This document shows, one piece after another, positions 24,546-37,308 of a stretch of DNA of 64,000 nucleotides. How positions within the stretch are numbered: the stretch's first letter is position 1; every line of letters begins with the position of its first letter. Made by a program: the position numbers and the translations under genes. The notes below the pieces were generated by a model, which saw only the letters and a list, made by a program, of their open reading frames with translations, made no database searches and was not told the origin of the DNA. The stretch is taken from assembly GCF_006345805.1 (NCBI RefSeq), contig NC_043003.1, forward strand, positions 48,856,001 to 48,920,000, read 5' to 3'. The DNA is from Octopus sinensis (lineage: Eukaryota).

Positions 24546-26494
24546 CACCATCACTCACACACACACAGAACCAATGTCATGATTAATGAAAGTGAAACCG
24601 GTCGACAAACATAGTATAAAATATATTAAAAAATATATTAAAACTATGTAAATTGTGTGCATTTTCTCTCTTTAATTTTATATATGTGTGTGTGTGTGTG
24701 TGTGTGTAAAGTCTAAGATTTCATAAGTCAGAAAAAATATGAATTTGTATATTTATCAACAGAGTGATTATATTAATCAAAGTATATATCGTTATAGATC
24801 AATTTCGGCCGATCTTACCAACCAGTTTCGCACAGGGTATTGGATAATTGTATATTAGATAATAAGACAGTTAGCTAATGCTAATATCCAGTGATCTATA
24901 CCCAATGTGACATTGATTGGTAAGATCAGTTTAAATGGCTCTATAATACTCTGATTAATATGTAGGTGTGTGTGTTTGTGTTTGTCCACCAGCAACTTCT
25001 CATGATTGATGTTGGTTTGTTTACATCCTCAGAATCTAGCAGTTTGGCAAAAGAGACTGATAGAATAAGTATCGAACTTAAAAATATGTACTGGGGGCAA
25101 TTTGTTGAACAGCTCCTCTTCCTTGACTGATCCATGACTGGTGGTGTTTAATGTTATGGTAAATGATCCACTTCTCATCACCTGTAACAAGCCTTCCTAA
25201 AAATGGTTTTCAAGGTGTCGTGAAAGCAATGACTGACAACAAACAACATGCTATTGCAGATTCTCTGGAGACAGTTCGTGCAAGACTCATTTTCCAACCA
25301 CTGAAACCTTTCTGATCCTTTTCAGTAGGTGTAGAACAGTTGTATGGGCTACGTTAAACTATTTTGCAAGTTCTCTTCAAGTAGTGATTGGATTTTCTGT
25401 GACAACAGCTTCCAACTCTTTGGATGTTTTGAATGACCTTCTTTTGGCTCATCTTTCAAACTCAGATCCCCACTTCTGAAGCGAGAAAACTTCTTCTATG
25501 TCATCCCCATAAACTCTCTGAAGAGATGACTTTGCTGTTGTATTTGCATTGACACCTTTATGAAACTCATAAAATAAAACATATCTAATGTGATCTTTAG
25601 ATGAGACGAACATGGGTGTAAATATAGCAGAAGATTATGGCCAATACAATCAGAATCTGAAAGAAAAATGTATAAATTATTCAATGTGACATTCTTAAAA
25701 CATTGCAAGAGACACAATTTTAAAAAATATCTAAAACTGTTTTCTAAAATATTGGCCATTATCTTAGCCCCAACCTGATATTAGCCAAAGTTTTACATCC
25801 TAAGAATGGGAGTGGCATGTTATTACTTAATGTTACATAAACAAGCCCAATGTATTCTCAATGATTAGTGAATGGATTGACCTCATTTCCTTGATCATTA
25901 TTGTTTAATGTCCACTTTCCATGCTGGCATTGGTTGGATATTTTGATATGCAGCTGGCCAGCCGAGGAGCTGTCCAGACTCCAAATATCTGTTGTGGTAT
26001 GGTTTCTATGGCTGGTTGTCCTTCCTAATGCCAACCACTTTACAGAGTGTGATGGGTCCTTTTTATCTGCACCCAGCACAGGTGTGTTTACACAGCACTG
26101 GCACAAGTGCCCTTTATGTGACACTGGCACCTGTAAAGGACAAGTCTGTATATATAAAGGTGGCAAGCTGGCAGAATCGTTAGCATGCTGAGCGAAATGC
26201 GTAGCTGTATTTCGTCTGCCTTTATGTTCTGGGTTCAAATTCCGTCAAGGCTGACTTTGCCTTTCATCCTGTCGGGGTTGATAAATTAAGTACCAGTTAC
26301 ACACTGGGGTTGATGTACTCAACTTAATCTGTTTGTCTGTCCTTGTTTGTCCCCTCTGTGTTTAGCCCCTTGTGGGTAGTAAAGAAATTTGTATATATGG
26401 ATGACAGTGATTCTACTTAGCATTCAGTTATCAAATTATCGCACGATATAATTTTTATGCATGTTTTCTTTTATAACTTCCTTGTGTTTTGCAG

Positions 26495-26618
26495 CACTTT
26501 AGATTTTGCTACAGTGATGGCCTATGACTTCCATATGTTCATCAAAAATGCAGACATCACCACAGGGTTCAACAGTCCTCTTTTCCCACCGGCAAATGAA
26601 AAAAAAATTTACAGCACG
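26495..26618 (+). CDS. GH18 exon (TLDFATVMAYDFHMF...TGFNSPLFP...)
   Basis: ttttgcag acceptor, GTAAGT donor at 26619; phase 2 to 0; MAYDFH and NSPL motifs. Confidence 0.96.
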
Positions 26619-26664
26619 GTAAGTACTGTAAACATTACTCTTTGTTTGAAAATGTTACCTTTAT

Positions 26665-26978
26665 TAGGCTTAGTGGTTACAGTATTCAGCTCATGATCGC
26701 AAGGTCGTGAGTTCAATTCCAGGCAGTGTGTTGTGTCCTTGAGCAAGACACTTTATTTTACATTGCTCCAGTCCACTCAGTTGGTAAAAACGAGTTGTGC
26801 TTGTATTTCAAAGGGCCAGCTTTGCCACATTCTGTTTCACTCTGAATATCCCTGAGAACCATGTAAAGGGTATGTGTATCAGGGAAGAGCTCAACCACTT
26901 GCGCATTAGTTTCATGAGCAGCCTGTTCCATTGATTGGATCAACTAGAAGAATCATTGTCATAACCGAAGGAGTGCTT
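26665..26978 (+). mobile_element. tRNA-derived SINE, family C
   Basis: A-box GGCTTAGTGGTTA, B-box GAGTTCAATTCC, then TGTGTCCTTGAGCAAGACACTT core. Confidence 0.8.
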
Positions 26979-28430
26979 GTATAGAGTATATATAGTATAT
27001 TATTTTCTTCTCTAGGTACGAAGACTGAAATTTTGGGGGAAGGGGCCAGTCAGTTAGATCGACCCCAGTACGCAATTGGTACGAATGGATGAAAGGCAAA
27101 GTCAACTTTGGCAGAATTTGAACTCAGAACATAAAGACAGATGAAATACCGCTAAACATTTTGCCTGGCATGCTAATGTTTCTGCCAGCTCCCTGCCTTA
27201 TAAATAGTATATTACAATCTTTTCTACTCTAGGCACTAGGACCAAAATTTTGTCGTGTGGGGACCAGTACACAACTGGTACTTAATTTGATGACCCTGAA
27301 AGGATGAAAGGCAAAGTCGACCTCCACGGAATTTGAACTCAGAACATAAAGACAGACAAAATACCTATTTCTTTACTACCCACAAGGGGCTAAACACAGA
27401 GAGGACAAACAAGGACAGACAAATGGATTAAGTTGATTATATCAACTCCAGTGGGTAACTGGTACTTATTTAATTGACCCCGAAAGGATGAAAGGCAAAG
27501 TCGACCTTGGCGGAATTTGAACTCAGAATGTAACGGCAGATGAAATACAGCTATGCATTTCGCCTGGCATGCTAACGTTTCTGCCAGCTCGCTGCCTTGT
27601 CTACAGTATATTATAATGATATAGTTGACAGAGTGTGGTAAGCATCTTAGCAGGGGCAGGTAACTCATCTCTTGGTTCCCAGTTACAGCTATTTCACTTA
27701 TTCCACCAAGGCTATTATGAGAGGCATTATGACCATAATGATTATTCTTCTACAAGAGCTGATGTCCTGTTGCTGACTACATCACATCAACAAAGGTCCA
27801 TTAATTGATCTCATTTAACACAAGAGGATAAATAAGATTTTTCTTGTATCTTTTATTATACGATATAAAAAACTCCTGAACTCCATCTGATTCCCATCTC
27901 ATCTCAAGGAGATCAATGAAAACTCACTCCATCCTAAGTTCTATCAACAGTGTTAGGCTTCCGTATTTAGTTTTCATTTCTTCACTCTTCATTCTCAACA
28001 ATCATAACCTGATTGATTAAAAATCATAACCAGCATACTATGAATGATAAAACCCTGTCATAACTAGTCTTAGAAGTCCTAGAAATGTCATGGGACATAT
28101 TTCTACTTCTATTAGTTTCAAACAATTTTTCCTAGATATCAGGCATTTTGGCACTGACTATTTGACATTACTGACTTTATGCTAACCTATTTGACATCTC
28201 TAAGCTTCTCTCATTCTCTTATTCCCCACCTTTTTCTCTCTTTATGTGTGTCAGCATGTAGTTATGTTTGTATCTGTGTAATGCCTGTCTGTCTGTCTCT
28301 CATTCTCTCTAGCTGTATGTGTATATTTCTGTGTGTGTGTGTGTGTTTGCCTCTAGTGCCAAAAAGTACTGTTGCCAAATCATCAATATCTAAACAGCTG
28401 CACCCAATTGTCTCATTCTAATTTTTCCAG

Positions 28431-28616
28431 GTTGGTCTAATGGATTACTACTTGAACACAGGTTTTTCTTCGTCGAAACTTCTTGTTGGACTCCCAACGT
28501 ATGGTCGGACATGGAAATTGAAAACAGCTGAAAACCATGGAGTCCATGCCCCTGCCGTCAACAAAGGGGATCCAGGACCAGTAATCCATAGAAGAGGGGT
28601 CTTTACATATCCTGAG
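28431..28616 (+). CDS. GH18 exon (...KLLVGLPTYGRTWKL...GVFTYPE)
   Basis: atttttccag acceptor, GTATGA donor at 28617; 62 codons, phase 0 to 0. Confidence 0.96.
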
Positions 28617-28957
28617 GTATGATATTTTTAGGTTTTTTTTTAATCTAATTTTTTAATTCTTTTCTTTGATATTTCATTGAGCAAATATCTTTAATCTTTT
28701 ACCTTTTACTTGTTTCAGTCCTTTGACTGCAGTCATGCTGGGGCATCACCTTGAAGAGCTTTAGTTGAACAATTTGACCCTATGACTTTTTTTTGTTTTT
28801 ATTCTTTGAACCCTAGTACTTATTTTATCGGTCTCTTTTGCTGAACTGCTAATTTACAGGGATGTAAACACACCACTACCAGTTGTCAAGTGGTGGTGGT
28901 GGTGGGACAAAGACAGACACAGAAACACATACACACGTTATTATAATTATACATGCA

Positions 28958-29014
<57 letters not shown>

Positions 29015-30235
29015 TCTCATCTTAATTAAATAATGACTTTAAAACACCAATAATCCACTTCTCATTGTTAATTATTGCTTCATTTCTTATCCTCTCTCTC
29101 TCTCTCACTGTCTCTTATATATATATATATATATATATACCCTTGTCACTCTTAGTGATGGTGAATTATTTCTTTGTTGGTTTTAAATTGTTGCTAGCCA
29201 CCTTGTTTTGGCGAAGGTAGTTTTTAGCCCTGGAAGCAAACACACAAATGTGTTAAACCAGCAAATCCAAATAAAAGGTGCCAAAATGTCCCCTACCCTG
29301 ATATCTTGATGTCTTTTGTAAAGATCACTTTATTGCAAGCATTTGGGCCAAGTCTGAGGATAACTTTTCTTCCTACCAGTTTTAGAAGCCCTGAGAAAAA
29401 AAAAAACGATGGGCATCAGTGCTGCCCTTCCATCCCTGACTAAACAGTAAATTTTTTTTTAAATAGAAGCTTCATAAACTGTGTTGTTTAAAGCCTTCTT
29501 TGCAACGAGCTAGTCTGAGGTTCAGTCCTACGATGTAGCACTTAAGGCAGGTGTCTTCTGCTATAGCTCTGGGCTGGTTGATGCCTTGCGAGTGAAGTTG
29601 GTTGATGGAAACTGTGTGGAATCTTGTATATATGTGTGTGTCATCATCATTATCATCATCGTCGTCGTTGTCGTTTAACATCCACTTTCTATGCTGGCAT
29701 GGGTCAGACGGTTTGACTGAGGACTGGCAAGCCGGGAGACTGCACCAGTCTGTGTGCATCTTCATATTTGTGTTTGTCACCCCACCCCAACTACTGCTTG
29801 ATAACTAGTGTTGATTTGTTTATGTCCCCTTAACTTAGCAGTTTGGCAAAAGAGACCAATAGAATATGTATCAGACATAGAAAAAAAGAAAGTACTGGGT
29901 ACTGGGGTGGTGGTGATTTGTTTGACTAAATCCTTCAGTGTGGTGCTCCAGCATGACTGAAACAAGTAAAAGATAAAACTGAGAAGGAAACAGCAAACTC
30001 TGGTTTTGTTCTTTAGCACTCAATATAATCCTAATATTTAGGGCTGCGAACTGGCAGAATTGTTAGCCTGTTGGGCAAAATACTCTGCCATTTCTTCCAT
30101 GTTCATGTTGTTTTTCCTTTTATCCCTCAAGACTCGATAAAATAAGTACCAGTTGAGCACGAGAGTCGAAATTGGTGGCCTTGTGCCAAAATTTGAAATC
30201 AGTATTATTCTAGTATTTGTTTCTTTCCTTTTCAG

Positions 30236-30355
30236 GTATGCAGTGCTCTAAAAAATGGTTCTCATTATGTTTGGGACTCTGAAGCTGAGGTACCTTACCT
30301 CTACAATGATCTCTTATGGTGTAGTTTTGAGGACCCTGAGAGTGCTGCCAACAAG
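30236..30355 (+). CDS. GH18 exon (VCSALKNGSHYVWDSEAEVPYLYNDLLWCSFEDPESAANK)
   Basis: ttttcag acceptor, GTATGT donor at 30356; 40 codons; VPY..W.SFED motif. Confidence 0.95.
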
Positions 30356-30665
30356 GTATGTTCGCATGTTTCATTTTTTTCTGGAATCTCATTCTAGTGT
30401 TTACTATTGAAATCGTCATCTTTGCTATTGCCAAAGCAGCTAGGATTTGGTTGCTATTTCTAGTGGGCTGAGCTACATTATAGAAGCACCCATTGGCTCA
30501 TCAACTAGAGTATATTTATATGGTGTAAACTGAGAGTGCCACTTAAACAATGATTACTATTTCGAGTGACTGTTAAACATGATATGACTTACCTATAATC
30601 TATTCAGATATCGAAAGCTTTGAATTTTAAGAACTGCTATTGATGTGAAAGATCATAAACCTGTA

Positions 30666-31168
30666 CCGTAAATCTTCGAGTATAGTCCGCCCTTGAGTAT
30701 AATATACAGGGTATTTTTAGTGGGGCTGTACTTCTGAAAAACCTAAACCTTGTGTATAATACGCACCCCTTCTCTAACTTGAGCCGTGTGTAATTAAGCC
30801 AGCAGCAGCTAGTCGAACAAACACAATAATGGTGATGTTCTTAACTGTTATATGGAAATGTAAATATGTTTGCAAATTGTTTTTGTTACATGTTATTCTG
30901 TGTTCTGAATACTTATATTTTAATAAATGTTGCTTACTGCAAGTTATGGATGGTTCTTTTATGACTTCATTGCTTTCAGGCTTAGCTTAAAGTATTTTCG
31001 TGCCCGACATCACAAAATGCATGTGAATAAACATTGCCGGACAGCAACTAGAAACTCGGACATTGCTTAGAAAATATTTTTCATTTTTAACCTCGTATAT
31101 AGTACGCACTAGGGATTTTGACCTTTAAATTTTGGGAAAAAGTGCAGATTATACTTGAGGATTTACGG
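30666..31168. mobile_element. Tigger/pogo-like MITE with TA TSD
   Basis: TA|CCGTAAATCTTCGAGTATAGTC ... GATTATACTTGAGGATTTACGG|TA. Confidence 0.8.
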
Positions 31169-32761
31169 TATATATGGTAGTGTGCTTTTATGGAGAAATG
31201 AGGTTTTGTGAAGCCCAAGTGCTTCAGAATGCTTTCAGAAGCATTAGTAAATGCATAAGCATTTATAAGTAAATGTATCATGATTCTGTTTTTCATTGTT
31301 TGTTTCTAAGTTTAATCCATACTAATTCACCTGTATTCTTAGAGGGACTCACCAATGTATCAATTACCTTTTAAATTATCTCCACAAAACTTATTAGTGG
31401 TTACCAAAATTTTCTTTCTTGGATATGTATGGTAAATCCATTATTTTGATGATTGCATCATAAAGTTGTTATTTATTGTAGTCAATCAATAAGATTAAAT
31501 TTTTTTTCTTTTTTGAGATAACATAATTTATTTGGTACTCTTTTTCCACTTTTCCATAATTTTCAAAAATTTCTGAACAGTTATATGTTATTTTTAGAAA
31601 GAGGGGAGAAAACCAAATCCGTAATAGTCAAGGAAATAATTAATTAAGACGCTTAATTAATAATTATATGACATAATGTTGTAGTTAGCTGAATCGGATA
31701 CATTGCACCAACATTCTTTGTTAGATATTTAAATTTTAGCAACTTGGACCACTTAACTGTTAAATTAATTGCAAATTGATACAATTTAGAGGTGTGGTTT
31801 ACTGTTATAAATAGCAGTCACAACCTTTACATGCATGTGTACATGCATACACACACACACACTTAGTGAAATAACTTATACAAATTGAAAATGAAAAATA
31901 AATAATAAATCATTAACAGTCGATGTTATAAAGGCATCCGTCGTTGATGTAGTTTCTTTTAATTAAAAAAAAAAAAAATTTAATTATTAAATCAAATATT
32001 TTCATGGCAGTAGTGAGGAAGGTAAATAATCTACAAAATAAACTTTGGTATACAACACGAGCACGCGTAACCTTTCCATTGCACATATGGGTACACATAC
32101 GATGGCAATTTCGAGCAATTTGTTTCCTTTTTGCCACAATATTATTCGTACTACATAAGTTTAACAGATCGCCGATATTATTTGTTTGCGAACAGTAGTA
32201 ATAATAACCATTTAATTTGTGTTAATGGGTAAAGCAGTATTGTTTATTTCGGAGATGTACTTGCCTTGCAAGTAATTTGATCTGAGATCGTGGGTTGAAA
32301 CTAAAGCAAATACAGCATTTAAGACACGTATTAACCTTTCAAAAATACACAGATATTATTAACTTCATTTAACCATTTATTATTTGGGGAGAAAATTTCG
32401 TCGCATCAACTGCGAACTGGCTTCTAATACGGTCCCACTGCCAATATAAAGACCCGAAATATCTGTTACCTATATACCATTAGATAGCTTCTTTTCGTTT
32501 CTAATTCTGAGAAATTTCCAGAAAAAGTAAATATTATTAAAATTTGAAACTACAATCAAATAGCCGCAACGGTTTGTGAATGCATAAATATGTCGACAGT
32601 AGCAGGAATAAGGGAGATAATTTACGGGAGACAACTCTTTCATATAAAGGCTTGTTTTTTAGTAACTTAATTGAGATCTGTTTTTTAAAACGCGATTTTC
32701 ACACCAATTATTACTGCACAGCTGTATATATTTTGTTTTCTTTTTCTTTATTGTTTTATAG

Positions 32762-32938
32762 GCGAAATATTTTCTACAAAAATGTGGTGGAGTTGGTGTT
32801 TGGACCATTACCTTTGATGATGCTGAAGGAAAGTATTCGAACGACTCTCAAAAGTTCCCAATAATTACTGCTGTGAAAAAAGTTCTAATGGGAGCTGATA
32901 ATAAAGATTCCTCACCAGTTTCACAGCCCGTGTTATAA
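32762..32938 (+). CDS. GH18 terminal exon (AKYFLQKCGGVGVWTITFDD...QPVL*)
   Basis: Long polypyrimidine tract + AG at 32760-61; GG..VW...DD motif; TAA at 32936-38; AATAAA at 32980-85. Confidence 0.93.
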   Translation, partial: AKYFLQKCGGVGVWTITFDDAEGKYSNDSQKFPIITAVKKVLMGADNKDSSPVSQPVL

Positions 32939-33865
32939 ATTTTGTTGTTTTATCTAAACAATTTTCAAAAGTACTTTATAATAAAATTTTCTTTAAAAGA
33001 CAAATTGAGTTGTTGTTGTTGTTGTTCTTGTTCTCTTCTTCTTCTTCTTCTTCTTCTTCTTTGAATATTAAGTATCCTTTACTTGTTTCAGTCATTAGAC
33101 TGCAGCCATTCATGGCCATCACCTTGAAAGGTTTTCAGTTGAATGAATTGACACCCAGTACTTATTTTTAAGCCTGCGATCTGTTTTGCTGAACTGCTAA
33201 GTTGCAGAAATGTAAACAAACCAACACCGGTTGTCAAGCAGTGGTGTGGGACAAGCAAAGACATGAAGATACACACACAGACACACACACACTATTTTAA
33301 ATATCATCATCATCATCATTGTTATTTAACATCCATTCTCCATGATGGCACGGGACGGACGGTTCGACAGGGGCTGTACCAAACTCTAGTCTGATTTGAC
33401 ATGGTTTCTACAGCTGAATACCCTTCCTAACGCCAACCACTCCGAGAGTGTAATAGGTGCTTTTACGTGCTACCAGCATGGGTGCCATTTGCATGACACC
33501 AATATCTACCATGACTACGATTTCGCTTGGCTTGGTGGAACTTCTCAAGCGTGGCATATTGCCAGAGCTCTTGATCATTTGTCATTACCTCCATGAGGCC
33601 CAATGCTTGAAAAGTGCTTTTTATGTGCCCCTGGTATTGGTGTCAGTTACATGACACCAGCATTGGCCACGACTATGATTTCACTTGGTTTGACACATCT
33701 TCTTAAGTACGGTGATGGGTCTGATGATGATATATATGGTTCTGGGTTCAGTCACACTGTGTGGAAACTTGGGCAAGTGTCTTCTATGATAGCCTTGGGC
33801 TAAAAAAAGTCTTGTGAGTGGATTTGGTAGATGGAAACTGAAAGAAGTCCATCATACATATATAT

Positions 33866-34895
33866 TGTTGTGGTTCGGCTGGTACAGTATTTCTTGACCT
33901 ACTTTGTTGAGAGTGGAGACGGAAATCTGGAATAAAAAGTTACAGCCCTTTGTTTACTGGAAGAGTAATGGCTTTTGGAGGGACCTTTGGCCTTGTGCCG
34001 GTCGATTAGGGGTCAGAGAGATGTGAGGGCCGAGGAAGATAGAGTAAGGAAGAATCTAGTGACAGTGAAGAAGAGGAAGAAGAAAGTAGTGAGAAAGACA
34101 GAGTAAGGGATCTGAGAGCAGATAGAGAGGATATTAGCAGTGCTAAGACAGGTTGGGGGTGGTGAGAGAGCAGAGGTTTTTGGACAGTCGGTATTCAGTC
34201 GTCAAAGCGAGCAGTTGGGATTTTAGGAGCGAGGATTTGGGAATTCGGGGCAAGAGCTTGGCAAGTTGGAGTTAGCTGTACTGAGAGAGATGAGGTACAA
34301 TATGAGGCGTTGGCTAATGTAAGGTACGTGAATTGTGTATTGATATGTGAAGAAAAGAAGGACAAGGAATCGATGTATTGAACAGTGAAAAGAACAATGT
34401 GAAATGTGTAAGGACATTGTGTACAGTATTGTGATTTGAACATTGTATAATGAACATTGAACTGTTAGGCCTTTAATGTCCTTCGAACTGTATATGCCTT
34501 TAATGTGTTTTGAAATAGAACTGTGTCTTCGGACGTGTACTCTTGAAATGCTGATGTATTGAACTTGATGTGTTGTTACCGGACGGTTATATTGTATCTG
34601 CATGTTTAAATGCTTTGATCTGTGGTATACCTGTATGATGTGTTGATTCTGTTACTTGCTTGTATTTACCTGATGTATCTTTAAATGTAATTGATGTTGT
34701 AACAATTGATTGTCATATAAACTAGTTGTTAAATGCAAGCCAGTTGTGCCTTGCCTCTTTGTGTCTCTCTCGATTGCCTCTGTGCTGCTGCTGCTGTTGT
34801 TGCTGCTGTTGTTGCTCTCTCTCTCCTCTCCTCTCCAAGTTTCCGTGGTGAAAATATTCGCTGATCGACCGGGCGACGGCAGGTGGTCCGTAACA
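33866..34895. mobile_element. Probable solo LTR (~1030 bp, Gypsy-like)
   Basis: Begins TGTTGTGG, ends CCGTAACA (TG...CA, imperfect inverted termini); 4-bp ATAT on both sides; no ORF or second LTR. TSD is weak evidence because it lies in (TA)n. Confidence 0.65.
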
Positions 34896-34909
34896 ATATA
34901 CACACCAAC

Positions 34910-35135
34910 TGATCATGGCCGTTGCCAGCCTCCCCTGGCACCTGTGCTGGTGGTACATAAAAAGCACCCACTACACTCATGGAGTGGCTGGCGTTAGGAA
35001 GGGCATCCAGCTGTTGAAACACTGCCAGATCAGACTGGAGCCTGGTGCAGCCTCCTGGCTTCCCAGACCCCGGTCAAACCGTCCAACCCATGCTAGCATG
35101 GAAAACGGACGTTAAACGATGATGCTGATGATGAT
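34910..35135 (+). mobile_element. RTE LINE 3'-end fragment (older subfamily)
   Basis: Same terminal block as 23900-24106 ending in gttaaacgatgatgctgatgatgat. Confidence 0.8.
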
Positions 35136-35310
35136 GTATGTATGTATGTATATATGTATGTATGTATTTGTGGGTTTGTGTTTGTCCCACCACGATTGCT
35201 TGACAACCGATGTTGGTGTGTTTACGTGCCTGTAACTTAGCAGTTCAGCAAAAGACACTGATAGAATAAATGCTAGGCTTACAAAGAATAAGTCCTGGGG
35301 TCGATTTGTT

Positions 35311-36618
35311 ACACCTATCATAACAATAAAAACTCTGTCTTAGTATCGGAAGTTAACCCCAACAGATTAAAGTTCTTATCCAAAAATTCCAAAATTAGAA
35401 ACACCATTTACCAGTGCAAAATTTCTTCTGGAACCGATGTCTTCTTCTACATTGGAGCAACTTCTTCTAAATTAGCTCAAAGGATCTCCAATCATTATTC
35501 AACTTTCCGAGATAAGAGAAAACAACACAGCACGGGACTAAGTAAATTAGTTTGGTGTCTGAAGGACAGCAATACAACTTTCAAGCTGGAATGGTCCATA
35601 TTGTCGGTGTCCTTTCCGTTTGATAAGGGCAGAAAAATTTGTGACATCTGTTATTCCGAACTTTTTCATATTTTGTTCACCAATGTCCCTTTAATAAATA
35701 CAATCGTCGAGAGGTCCTACAGATGCATGCACTGGCAAAAACACACCTTTCACTCATATGAATAATGATTAATATAGATAACCCCTTGAATTTTAATTAA
35801 TATAACTTTTTTTTATATATGTCACCGCCATAGTCATAAAAAATTTTTCTATACTTTCAAAGATCTACTACCCAATCCAGTGAGGTATGTGTTGCCTTAG
35901 TCCCCCTACCTCGCCCTCCTCTTTCTCTATTTCCCTCTTTCTATAGTAAGCACAATCAAACACACAGACACAAACCTCTCACCTCACCACTGTCTGTTTT
36001 CTGACATCTACCCATCCACATACACAATCATGCACACACATACACAAACACACACATTAATGCAGTTATATACAGTCACACCACAGGCACTCATTCACAA
36101 AAGAAATTAACAAAATCCACCATTCATATGACCTGCACCCTTTCATCTTCCTATTCTTATGCCTCTCTCCTCCAACTTCGTTTGAACCCTTGAACCTTTA
36201 GAACTTTCTAGAATCTTCTACATCCAACCATTTTGACGTCACTCCTTATAAAGGAATATTTTAAAGAGACACTCATTAACTCTATGGGCTCCATGTGAGC
36301 AATCATCTAAAAGTTTTTTGTGCATTTTGATGTTGACATAAGTTCCTTGCTTTTCTTGATGAGAAAGCGGCATAATGTACTCCTTATTCCTTCGCAATTA
36401 GGAATATGCAGCCTTCGAAACATATGTCGAAAATAAAGGAATTTTGTTAATTCGTCGTTCAACTCCATTCTTTCATATATTTATACTTTTAAAATAAACA
36501 TACAAATTTCCACACGAAAGCACGTAACTTCAACCATGTTTTTTCTGATGTGAATTTGCTACCCAGGTATCAGTTAATTCGAATTATCCTTAATAAGATA
36601 ATTCATTCAACTACTCAA

Positions 36619-36659
<41 letters not shown>

Positions 36660-36663
36660 TGTA

Positions 36664-36708
<45 letters not shown>

Positions 36709-36735
36709 TAATATATATTATATATATATATATAC

Positions 36736-36772
<37 letters not shown>

Positions 36773-37009
36773 CTCACAGGCTTCTTCAGTTTCTGTTTAC
36801 CAAATCCACTTGCAAGGCTTTGGTTGGCTAAGGCTATAGTAGAAGACACTTGCCCAAGGTTCCACAAAGTGGGACTGAGCCTGGAACCATCTTACCACAC
36901 AGCCATGCCTACACCTATATATACTGCTTTGATTTGGCTTTGCATTGAGAGTGATGTGTGTGCAGCACCTAATGGTGCTAGCATCTGTATGTTGTGTATT
37001 TTGTAAGTG
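35311..37009 (+). mobile_element. Duplicate of the 3' portion of the Penelope-like element plus downstream host flank
   Basis: Nearly identical to 39496-41172 (GIY-YIG C-terminus, 3'UTR, hammerhead, terminal repeat, (TA)n, SINE fragment, unique flank). Confidence 0.95.
36343..36441 (+). ncRNA. Type I hammerhead ribozyme fold, copy 1 (core UUGAUGA, GUC cleavage triplet)
   Basis: Stem I ttttc/gaaaa, core TTGATGA 36356-62, long stem II closed by G36363-C36416, GAAA 36417-20, palindromic stem III ACATATGT, GTC ending 36428. Confidence 0.75.
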
Positions 37010-37101
37010 AAACAAGTAAAAATGAAACAAGTAAAAATGTAAAAGAATATATATATATATATATGTCTATGTGTGTGTATATATATATATATATATATGT
37101 C

Positions 37102-37134
<33 letters not shown>

Positions 37135-37308
37135 GTCTATGTGTGTGTATATGCCCTAGGCACGTAACTTCAACCGTGTTTTTTCTGATGTGAATTTGCT
37201 ACCCAGGTATCGGTTAATTCGAAGTATCCTTAATAAGATAATTCATTCAGCTACTCAAATATCATATACAGCCTTCTTGAGATCTTGCTACCTTAACCGA
37301 TACCGCAA

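Noticed and set aside
26665-26740. tRNA gene
   Set aside because: A and B boxes are present but it continues into a SINE body and lacks a full cloverleaf.
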